A DNA stretch of 63,265 nucleotides, the filler included, from Chiloscyllium plagiosum (taxonomy: Eukaryota), in assembly GCF_004010195.1 (NCBI RefSeq). It is 4 parts of one record of this genome, joined end to end, with 100 filler letters (N's around TTAATTAATTAA, not from the genome) between each part and the next. Parts side by side here need not be neighbours in the genome. Positions count along the whole stretch, not along the records: positions 49,112 to 58,216 come from NC_057716.1; positions 58,317 to 63,265 come from NC_057716.1; 2 more parts are not named here. One strand, 5' to 3'. Below the pieces are notes generated by a model that did no database searches, had not been told where the DNA came from, and was given only the letters and a program-made list of their open reading frames with translations. The translations under genes were made by a program, and so were the position numbers. Below, one piece after another: positions 51,583-61,949 of this stretch (within the stretch, counting starts at the first letter, position 1; each line of letters opens with the position of its first letter).

Positions 51583-54500
51583 TGTGACACCAGCGTATAG
51601 TCCAACCAGTTTATTTGAAATTACATGTTTTTGGAGTGTTGCCCCTTCATTAGTTTAAGAGAAGAGAGCACTCAGGCATAGACTTCAAAATCAGAGAGAT
51701 CAAAAGATCATACAAATGATGTGAGTGAAGTGTTGACAGGACGAATGAGAGGTTTGTGCAGGTAATCAAAAGTGTCAGATAATGTGAATAAAGTGTCAAC
51801 AGCTGATTAACAAGTGAAAGGATGACTTATAATCCAATTAATTGAGGCAGAGAGATAAATTTGAAAAATTAAAAATAAGGTGGTGCGAGAGACACACCAA
51901 ATGACTGGAATAACATGCTAGGTTTAAGAGTCGGATGCCAAGGGTCTAACCATAACAACAAGTAATCCAAAACTGTATAAACTAATTAAGGCTGTGAGAT
52001 CATAACAAGTTATGAATTTGATGGTATCAAAACAGGACAGTAAGGAAGATTTTACAGAATAGAATGGCGGGCAGAAACTGGCAGTTGTTGGTGTTGAGTA
52101 CTGAGGCTGTTGCAAAAATGCCATTGTTATGGGGAATGCTGGTGTAGAGAGCCAAAATGTCCACAGTAATGCAGAATGTTCCTGGTTTGACTGGTCTGTG
52201 GGTGCTGCGTTTCTGTAAAAAAACATGTAGTGTCATGAATTTAATGGTATCAAAACAGGACAGTAAGGAAGATTTTACAGAATAGAATGGCGGGGTTATA
52301 TGTAGCACAACATGAACCCAAGATCATGTTTGAGTCCATCTTCATGGGTACTGAACTTGGCTATCAATTTCTGCTTGGCAATTCTGCTTTGTGTATCTCA
52401 AAGACTGTCTTGGAGACACTTGCTCAAAGATCGGAGGCTGAATGTCCTTGGCCGTTGAAGTGTTCGTTGACTGGGAGGGGACATTCCTGTCTGGCGATTG
52501 TTGTGCAGTGTCCATTAGCATCTGCATGGTCTCACCAGTATAACATACTTCAGGGCAACCTTGCCTGCAGTGTTTGAGGTAGACAACATTGGCCAAATCA
52601 CGTGAGTATCTATTGTGTACATGGTGGGTGGTGTTTCCACGTGTGATGGTAGTATCCACGTTGATGGTCTGACATGTCTTGTAGAGGTTGCCAAGACAGG
52701 GTTTCATGGTATTGTGGTCAGTGTTGTCCTGAGGACTGGGTCACTTGCTGCAAACGAAGAGCTATTCAACGTTTGGTGGTTGTTTGGAGGAGACGAGTGA
52801 AGGGATAGGGATGATCTTAGTGAGATGTTCATTGATGACATGTTGAAGGCTGCGAAGAACATGTTATTATTTCTCTGCTCCAGAAAAGTACTGAAGAATG
52901 AAGGGCACTCTCATGGTCATATCCTGTGATTGTCTTCTGAGGAGGTCATTGTGGTCTTTTGCTTGGCATGTTGGAACTTGTGATCGATGAGTTGAACATG
53001 GTATCCTTTCAGCATCTTTCAGCATCTTTAGGTGTCCATAATGTTCCTCCCCACCTGAACAGATCCTGTGTATGTGCAGGGCCTGTCCACAGGGGATGGC
53101 TTCTTTAACATGTTGAGGATGGAAGCTAAAGAAGTGCAGCATCCTGAGGTTATCTATGGGCTTGAATAGAGTGAGATGCTGAGGTGCCCAACCTTGATAG
53201 AGATGTGCGTGTCCAAGAATGAGACTGAATCTGAAGCATAGTCCATGGAAAGTCTGATGGTGGGACGAAACTTGTTAAAATCGTTGTGTTGTCATTTTAG
53301 TGATTCCTCACCATGAGTCTAAAGGAAGAAAATGGCGTTGAAGTATCTGGTATATAGCATTGATTGGAGGTCCCGTGAAGCAAAGAGGTCTTGCTCAAAA
53401 TTGTGCACGGAAATATCGGCATATTGGGTTGCAAATTTGGTTGTCATGGCTGCTCAGTGTGTTTGACGAAGAACCAGTTGTTGAACGTTGAGAATGAAGC
53501 GGAGAGTTGTAGGATGGCTTCTGGAAACTGGCAGTTGTTGGTGTTGAGTACTGAGGCTGTTGCAAAAATGCCATTGTTCTGGGGAATGCTGGTGTAGAGA
53601 GCCAAAATGTCCACAGTAATGCAGAATGTTCCTGGTTTGACTGGTCTGTGGGTGCTGCGTTTCTGTAAAAAAACATGTAGTGTCATGACAGAAGCTGGGG
53701 ATCCTTGTACAATAGGTTTCAACATGTCCTCAACATAGCCAGAGAGGATCTCACCCATTGCCTGATGGGATGGGATATACAGGTGTGTTGGCTTTGTGTA
53801 TTTTCGGAAGGCAGTGGAAGTTTCCTATGCAAGAAGTACACAGGATGAAAGGGTATAGGACTCTGAAGAGTTGACTGGTGTTTTCTTTGGTCCAATCAAC
53901 AGGTAGTTTCCTGTCATGTTCTTGGTTGTTCAATTGTCGGTACATTTCTTTGCAATAGTCTGTTATATTCTGTATGATGAAAGGTCCTCCTTTGTCTGCT
54001 GGTTTGATGACGATTTTGCAGTTGGTCTTGAGAGCTTGGGTGACATCCTGTAATATTTGTGAGCATGACTGATGAATCTAGCATTGGCACATCTCCTGAT
54101 GGCTTGAGCACATGTCAAGCCTCGGGTAGTGACCTTCCAGAGGGGTCCAATTTGACTCTTTCTGCTGGTCATTACACTGCAGATCTTTCTGTCGACTGCT
54201 CCAGTTCATTGCTGTCTCATTGGGGTCGCTGATATTTTGGGACTTGTAGAATAATTCCCAAAGCCTTATTCACCTGATGAATTCCTCTGTGTCTGCCATG
54301 AGAACAATGGTTTCCATTTTGGTAGTGGGGCAGAAATTGAGCCTTTGGTTGAGAAATCCAATTTCATCTGGCTGAAGGATGTGGTCAGACATGTTGACAA
54401 TGGATTTCCCTGTGGTGGTACCAGTTACAACCGTGGTACCGGAGGTGGCTTAGTTACTGCTGGTGGGTGATGTCAGGTTTCTCCAATTTTCTGTTCTTAG

Positions 54501-56850
54501 TGTGAATGGTTTAATTGTGTCTTCTGCTTGGCAATGTCTCAATAGCTGATCTGCTGTATTCTGAGTGCAAGCTGAGAATATGGACTCTATCCTGATTTCA
54601 AAGTTGTGGCATCTGCTGTTGACCTGGTGTACCCGATGATTGAGGAGTGTGCGAGACATGTATTGGCAGAATTTCTCAGCATAGTCTATGTTGTTGGTCG
54701 ACTTGAATGGGTTCAGGATCTGTAGTCCTTTTGGGATCTTCTCTGCTTTCTTGTATCTCTGTAGAAACTTAATACCTGTGTTGATATGCACGATCTTCTT
54801 GGAGATTCTCTCCACTTTAAACGGGCAGTTTGTGGTGTCAATGGTAGCCATGATGTGGAGGTGCCAGCATTGGACCGGGATGGACAAGGTCAAAAATCAA
54901 TGACACCAGGTTATAGTCCAACAAGTTCATTTGAAATCACAAGCTTTCAGAGCGCTGCCCCTTGTTGATATGCACGATCTTCTTGGAGATTCTCTCCACT
55001 TTAAACAGGCAGTTGTGGTGTCGATGGTAGCCATGATGTGGAAGTGCCAGCATTGGACCGGGATGGACACCAGGTTATAGTCCAACAAGTTCATTTGAAA
55101 TCACAAGCTTTCAGAGCGCTGCCCCTTCATCAGGTGAAGTGAAGAGAGCACCCAGACACAGATATTATCAAAGAGATCAAAAGATCATATAAATGGTGTC
55201 AGGGGAGTGTCAACCGGCCAAATGATAGGCCTTTGCAAGTGAACAAGTGTGTCAGACGGTGTGGGCTAAGAAGTGACGATGGAGTTTAATTTAGTTAAAT
55301 GTGAGGTACTGCATTGTGGGAAAGCAGGACGTATATATTTAATGCTAAGGTCCTCTGAAGTGTTGTTGAACAAAGAGACCTTGGAGTGCAGGTTCATAGC
55401 TGCTTGAAAATAAAGTCACAGGTAGATAGGATAGTGAAGGGGGCGTTTGGTATGCTTTCCTTTATTGGTCAGAATATTGAGTACAGGAGTTGGGAGGTCA
55501 TGTTGCCGCTCTACGGGACATTGGTTAGGCCACTGTTTTAATATTGCATGCAGTTCTGGTCTCCTCCCTATCAGAAAGATGTTGTGAAACTTGAAATGGT
55601 TCAGAAAAGATTTACAAGGATGTTGCCAAGGTTGGAGGATTTGAGCTATAGGGAGAGGTGGAGTAGGCTAAGGCTGCTTTCCCTGGAACGTTGGAGGCTG
55701 AGGGGTGACCTTATAGAGGTTTATAAAATCATGAGGGACATGGATAGGATAAATAGACAGTCTTTTCCCTGGGGTGGGGGAGCCAATAACTAGAGGGCAT
55801 AGGTTTAGGGTGAGAGGGGAAAGATATAAAAGATACCTAATGGGCAACTTTTTCACACAGAGTGTAGTGTATTTATGGAATGAGCTGCCAGATGAAGTGA
55901 TGGAGTTTGGTACAATTGCAACATTTAAAAGGCATCCGGATGGGTGTATGAATAGGAAGGGTTTGGAGGGATATGGGCCGGTTGCTAGCAGGTGGGATTA
56001 GATTGGGTTGGGACATCTGGTCGGCATGGACAAGTTGAACCATAGGGTCTGTTTCCATGCTGTACATTTCTATGACTCTATTAACAACTGAATAACAAGT
56101 GAAGGGATGATCTATAATCCAATTAATTAAGGCAGAGAGATAATTACAAAAAAGAATGCTGGAGACAAACCAAATGGCTGGAATAACATGCTAAGTATAA
56201 GAGTCACATGCCAAGGGTCTAACCAAAGTAACAAGTAATCCAAAACTGTACAAGTTAATTAAAGTAGAGAGATTTTATCAAGTTGTCAAGGTGACAGTGT
56301 CAAAACCAGACAGTAAGGAAGACATTACAGAACAGTATGGTGAGGTTACATGTGTTGTGAAATGAACCCAAGATCACGTTTGAGGTCCTCTTCATGGGTA
56401 CAAAACTTGGCTATCAGTTTCTGCTGGGTGATTCTACATTGTTGTGTATCTCAAAGGCCACCTTGAAGGATGCTTACCTTTGACTGCTGAAGTGTTCCCT
56501 GACTGGGAGGGCACATCCCGCCATCAGACATACCATGGACTACTCCGCAGAATCAATTTCATTCTTGGTCATAAGCATTACCATCAAGGATGGGCATCTC
56601 GATAGCTCAAGGCCTAGAGGATCTTCTCAGACAAACACCTTTAGATGCTGAAAGACACACTCATAAGAATGGGAGATACCTTTTGCATGATCTGTTATCT
56701 CTCTGATTGTGAAGTCTGTGCCTCGGTGCTCTCTTCACTCTACCTGACAAACTGGCAGTGCTTTTAAAGCTTGTGATTTCAAATTAACCTGTTAGACTAT
56801 AACCTGGTGTTGGGTGACTTTTGACCTTGTCCACTGGCATCTCCACCTCA
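51583..56850 (-). mobile_element. Near full-length degenerate PLE in partial-tandem arrangement, with an inverted terminal segment (about 56520-56850)
   Basis: ORF start ATG at 54851 (MATIDTTNCPFKVERISKKI...IPKGLQI); HCLPKIHK; VDILALYTSIP; RYFNAI (YIDD); IPCGQALHIHRICS; NVVYLKHCRQGC...YTGET; pLTR copies at about 51583-52400 and 54855-56510. Confidence 0.88.
55270..56080 (+). mobile_element. CR1 LINE 3' fragment inserted in the PLE pLTR
   Basis: MEFNL.KCEVLH, QFWSP...VQKRFTRM, WNELP and CR1 tail; the pLTR resumes at 56082. Confidence 0.92.
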
Positions 56851-58029
56851 TACAAAAAATTGTGGTAATTGTTGTAAAGTTATCGCACTTTTCACAGAAT
56901 TACAGTTCTTTTAGTAGACAGCATACTGTTGCTCCCAGCTTCTAAATAGTTCCTATGTCTCAGTTTTAATGAGTAGTAACTGATTTATTTTTTCCAGGTA
57001 CTTTCCTCTGTTTTTGGAGAGTTCCTTAAATCCATAACTCACACCTACTCTGATGATTCTTCCTGCCTATGCCAGGACAAATCTCCCATAATCCCTCAAT
57101 GGTTGCAGCATATCTCACTTGGACAATGTATCATCACCCTCCCACAACCAACTGTGGCAGTTTGCAAAGTCAATCGTCTTCTCTCCACTCACCACTGAAA
57201 TGTATGGTTTATCTGTAATAATCATTAATTATTGCCTATAAGCTGATCTCAAAAATGGCATCCTTTGCACGATTTGCAGGGTAATGTGCAATATATTAAT
57301 CTTGATTCCAGATAGAAATGTTAATTAATTATTTGGAACCTCAACTTCTTTACGTCTTACATGGAAACAAACAGTGTATAGCACAAATGTTATAACCTGA
57401 TGCAACAATATTCTGGAACTTTGAGTGAGTCATATCTACTTATTATAAATTCAGAGACTGATATGAATGAATATCTTGCACTTTCTTCTCAGTAAAATGA
57501 CTTTCTATTATCTCTAACAATCAAATTACTGGGTTCATGTTTAGGCAGACTGCAGACAGTTCACAATATCTTTTTGATTTTGATTTTTCTTTGTGTATGT
57601 TTCACTGGAGTTGTGTTGTGTGGAGAGATGGAACAGAATGAGCAGCCAGCCCGGGTGGTTTGACGGCGAGATCAGAGAAGGTAGCCAGCGGTGAGAACGG
57701 GAAAAGGCAGCCCAAGGCAGCCAGTGGGGTCCAACGCATACCTGGCGATCAAAGGCTGCAAGCAGATCCTATCCAGGCAGGAGGAGATCGGATGCAGCAG
57801 CTTCAGCGGCAGCAGCAATGACAATGAGTGGGTCCAGAATGTGGACTTTGTTGTTCAGAATTGAATCCAACACAGGAAGAGCGAGCAGCGATGGAAGTTC
57901 CTGGGTATCTGTAGCAGTGGTGTGAAGAACAGGCAGCTGAGGTCTCCCAGAGAGGGAGCCAAGTGGAGGAGATTGGAAACCCATTATGACTAAACATCAA
58001 GAAAGACTGCTGAACCTTTAACTTGGATA

Positions 58030-58216
58030 ATTAGATTAGATTTCTTACAGTGTGGAAACAGGCCCTTCGGCTCAACCCGCCAAAGCGCAACCCACCCAGA
58101 CCCATTCCTCTACATTTACCCCTTCACCTAACACTATGGGCAATTTAGCATGGCCAATCCACCTAACCTGCACATTTTTGGATTGTGGGAGGAAACCGGA
58201 GCACCCGGAGGAAACC
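58030..58216 (-). mobile_element. HE1-type SINE, 3' part (cut by gap)
   Basis: ATTAG tail repeats and reverse complement of 26800-26980. Confidence 0.85.
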
Positions 58217-58316
58217 NNNNNNNNNNNNNNNNNNNNNNNNNNNNNNNNNNNNNNNNNNNNTTAATTAATTAANNNNNNNNNNNNNNNNNNNNNNNNNNNN
58301 NNNNNNNNNNNNNNNN

Positions 58317-58455
58317 CTCTCACTTATCTCTCCACCCTTCAGGCACTCTGTCTCTATTCCTGATGAAGGGCTTTTTGCCCGAAAAGTCGATTTTCCTGCT
58401 CCTCGGATGCTGCCTGACCTGCTGTGCTTTTCCAGCACCACTCTCATCTAAACTC
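58317..58455 (+). mobile_element. PLE pLTR end with hammerhead motif (58360-58389)
   Basis: CTGATGA-AGGGC-TTTTT-GCCC-GAAA-AGTC. Confidence 0.78.
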
Positions 58456-58544
58456 TTAACATTCGCCTGTACCTGTGTTTTTGTTTTTGCCGCTGTTTAG
58501 CTATTATTTACTATCTATGCTCCTTAACTCTGTGATCTGCCTGT

Positions 58545-58742
58545 GGTGGAGGAAATGACACCACCCACCCAAAGAAACCCAAACGTATAAATAGAAAGCA
58601 GGAATCAGCAGCAGTGCTTTGCCTGAGGCCCACTAAAGATGTTACCTAGTATGGTGACAAAACATCTGGAAATGAACCTTCCAGCTCAGCGAGCAAACCT
58701 ACATCCTGAACCTCAACCTGAGGTACAAATCTTCTCAAAATC
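58545..58742 (+). mobile_element. PLE pLTR related to 22869-23088, degenerate hammerhead
   Basis: tataaa...cactaaagatgttacctag...ggtgacaaaac...ttccagctcagcga...tacaaatcttctca. Confidence 0.65.
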
Positions 58743-59250
58743 TTGTTTATTTAGCCTATCCATGCCCCTCATGATTTTATAAACCTCTGTAAGTTCATCC
58801 CTCAGCCTTCCATGCTCCAGGGAAAATAGTTCCAGTCTATCCAGCCTCTCCCTATAGCTCAAGCCCTCCAGTCCTGGTAACACCTTTGTAAATCTTTTCT
58901 GCATCATTTCCAGTTTAATGACATCTTTCTGACAGGGGCAATTCTCCAAATGTGGCTTTAGTAATGGTCCTTTATGGCTGTAACCTGACATCTCAACTCC
59001 TGTGTCAGACAGAGTTTAATTTCGATAAATGTGAGGTGTTGCATTTTGGAAAGGCAAATCAGAGCAGGATGTATACACTTAATGGGAAGGTCCTGGGGAG
59101 TGCTGCCGAACAAAAAGACCTTGGAGTGCAGGTTCTCAGTTCCTTGAAGGTGCAGTTGCAGGTAGACAGGATAGCGAAGAAGACATCTCGAAAGCATGCC
59201 TTTATTGGTCGGTGCATTAAGAATAGAAGTTGGGATATCATGTTGCTCGG
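58743..59250. mobile_element. Two CR1 fragments in opposite orientation (58743-59000 minus; 59005-59250 plus)
   Basis: ORF 58713..58991(-) QKRFTKVLPGLE; ORF 58952..59254(+) EFNFDKCEVLHFG. Confidence 0.8.
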
Positions 59251-59354
59251 TTGATTAGGTTATGATTCTATGACTGTCCTCAATGCTGTGATGACAGAGG
59301 CAAGGGTGCTAACTGCCTACTTCACCACCCTGTCTACCACTGACTCATGGCTCC

Positions 59355-61350
59355 CATACTCCCGTACAAATATCTCTGCTAGGGACCCTGACATTATTTC
59401 CCCAGCTTCCCACAATGTTTTGGGATACACTTGATAAGGTTCCAGGGATTTATCCACCTTTATGCAGCTTAAGACTTCGAGCTCCTCTTCTGTAATGTCG
59501 ATTCTTTTCACACATCACTATTTATTTCCCTGAGTTCCCTAGCTTCCATCTCTTTCTCCACACTAATTATTGATGAGAAATATTCATTTAGGATCTCACT
59601 CATCTCCTGTAGTTCCATACTTGGATGACCTTGTTAATTTTTAAGGGGCCCTATTCTCTCCCCAGTTACTCTTTTGCCCTTAATATACTTGAAGTATCTT
59701 TTTGGATTCTCCTTTACCTTATCTGCCAAAGCTCTCTCATGTCCCCCTTTTGCCCTCCTGATTTCCCTTTAAGTGTTCTCCTACACCCTGATACTCCGCA
59801 AGGGATTCCCTTGCCTCTCAACTGCTGACTATACCTGACTATGCCTTCTTCTTGGTCAGAGCCTCAATAACTCCCGTCATCCAGACTTCCCTACTCCTGC
59901 CAGCCTCGCCATTCTGACAAGAACATGCTGGCCCTGAACCTCCATTAACTCACTTTTGAAAGCCTCCCACTTACCAGATACCCCTTTGCCTGCAAACAGC
60001 CTTCCCCAATCCACTTTTGAATGTTCTTGTCTAAGACCATCAAAATTGGCCTTGCCCCAATTTAGAAATTTAACTTGTGGACCAAAACTATCCTTTTCCA
60101 TAACTATTTTAAAAGCAATAGAATTATGATCATTGGTCCCAAGTGCTCCCCCACAAACACTTCCTTCACTGACCCTGCTTTATTTCCAAAGAGGTGGTCA
60201 AGCTTTGCCCCTTCCTTAGTCGGGCCATCTACATAATTCCTGAGAGATTCTTCCTGAACACACTGAACAAATTCCTCCCTATCCAAGGCCTTCACACTAT
60301 GACAGTCCCAGTCGATGTTTGGAAAGTTAAAATCCCTTCCTATTATAACCCTGATTCAGAGAAGGAGCGTCGCTCCGAAAGCTAGTGTGTTTCCAATTAA
60401 ACCTGTTGGACTATAGCCTGGTGCTGTGTGATTTTTAACTATTATAACCCTGTTATTCTTGCAGCTATCCGCAATCTCACTAGGTATTTGCTCCTCAATC
60501 TCCCGCTGAGTATTGGGGGGGATCTATTGTACAATGCTATCAAACTGATCTTCCCCTTTCTATTTTCCTTATAGCTTCACTGGATGATCCCCCAGGAATA
60601 TTGTCTCTCAGTACAAGCACGATGTTCTCCCTTATCAAAAGCGCCACTCCCCCTCCTCTCTCACCTTCCTTTCCATCCTTCCTATAGCATCTGTGCCCTG
60701 GAACATTGACCTGCCAATCCTGTCCCTCCCTGAGCCATGTTTCTGTAATTGCTATAATATCCCAATCCCATGTACCCAACCATGCCCTGAGTTCATCTGC
60801 CTTTCATGTCAGGTCTCCTGCATTGAAATAAATAGTTTAATTTGTCAGTCTCCCCAATTCCTTGCCGTGCTGTTGCCTTGTCTATTTAACTTGTTCTCTC
60901 TAACTTCTGTACTAGCCTCTGCCTTTCACTGTCTGACTCCCAGCCCCCTGCCATTCCAGTTTTAAACTCCCCCAGGTAACTGCATCCAATTTCCCAGCCA
61001 GGGTACTGGATCCCCCTCCAGTTCAATTGCAGCCCATCCTTCATGGACAGGTCACCTCTGCCCCAGAAAAAATCCCAATGATGCAAAAATCTGAATCCCC
61101 GTCCTCTGCACCAGCTCCTCAGCCACACATTCGTCTGCTCTATCCTCCCACTGTGACTTTCACTAGCACGTGGCACTAGGAGTAATCTAGAGATTATTCC
61201 TTTGTGTCCTGATTTTTAACCTTCTGCTTACCTCCTTATATTTACTCTGCAGGATCACATCCCTTTTATATTTATGTCATTGGTACCAGTGCATAAAATC
61301 ACCTCCAGCAACTCACACTCCCCTTTCAGAAACTGCTGCAACCGCTCTGT
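59355..61350 (-). mobile_element. CR1 LINE 5' half: ORF1 esterase C-terminus and ORF2 endonuclease region, degenerate
   Basis: NVWLRSWC...FRFL.HWDFFWGRGDL..KDGLQLN; DIIAITETWL; GGGVALL; NWGKANF; VDKSLEPYQVYP. Confidence 0.88.
60354..60438 (+). mobile_element. 85-bp PLE pLTR fragment truncated inside the hammerhead core; 14-bp TSD
   Basis: CTATTATAACCCTG at 60340-60353 and 60439-60452; gaaggagcgtcgctccgaaagctag. Confidence 0.85.
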
Positions 61351-61733
61351 GATGTCCTTGACTCTGACCCTAGGGAGTAGTGAATGGAAACAAGGTACAG
61401 TAATGCTTCCCTTCCCCCACTGTCTCACACAGCCAGGGACCTGGGTTCAATTCCACTCTCGGGCGACTCACAGGAGCTGGAGATGGCCATTTGGCCCTTT
61501 CATCCTGTTTCACCATTCAATATGATCATTGAATATCCTCCCAAAATGCTGAGGGAGGCAGGAGAAGAAATTGTGACAAACTTTAACCCTTGAATCACAA
61601 CAGCTAGATCGACTTCCTTTTTAAAAACATGTAATGGTTTGGTCACAACTACTTCCTGTGGCAATGAATTCCCCAAGCCAACTTCCCACTCTTTAGGTGA
61701 AGACATTCATTCTGACCTCAGCCCTAAAAGGTT

Positions 61734-61824
61734 TCCTGAAGAAGGGCTAATGCCCGAAACGTCGATTCTCCTGTTCCCTAGATGCGGCCAGACCTGCTGC
61801 GCTTTTCCAGCAACACATTTCCAT
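61734..61824 (+). mobile_element. 91-bp mini-element with intact hammerhead core; 12-bp TSD
   Basis: CCCTAAAAGGTT at 61722-61733 and 61825-61836; TC-CTGAAGA-A-GGGC-TAAT-GCCC-GAAA-CG-TC-GA. Confidence 0.85.
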
Positions 61825-61949
61825 CCCTAAAAGGTTCACCCCTTATCTTTAAACTATGGACTCCCTCACCATCAGCGCGTCCTTCCTGCATCAAGCCTGG
61901 CTTGCCCTGTTAGAACTTTAGAGCTTTCAATGAGATTCCCTTTCATCAT

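Noticed and set aside
57620..58030. GC-richer segment that might be a promoter or exon
   Set aside because: No CSRNP3 similarity or convincing ORF; more likely part of an unclassified repeat cut by the SINE and gap.
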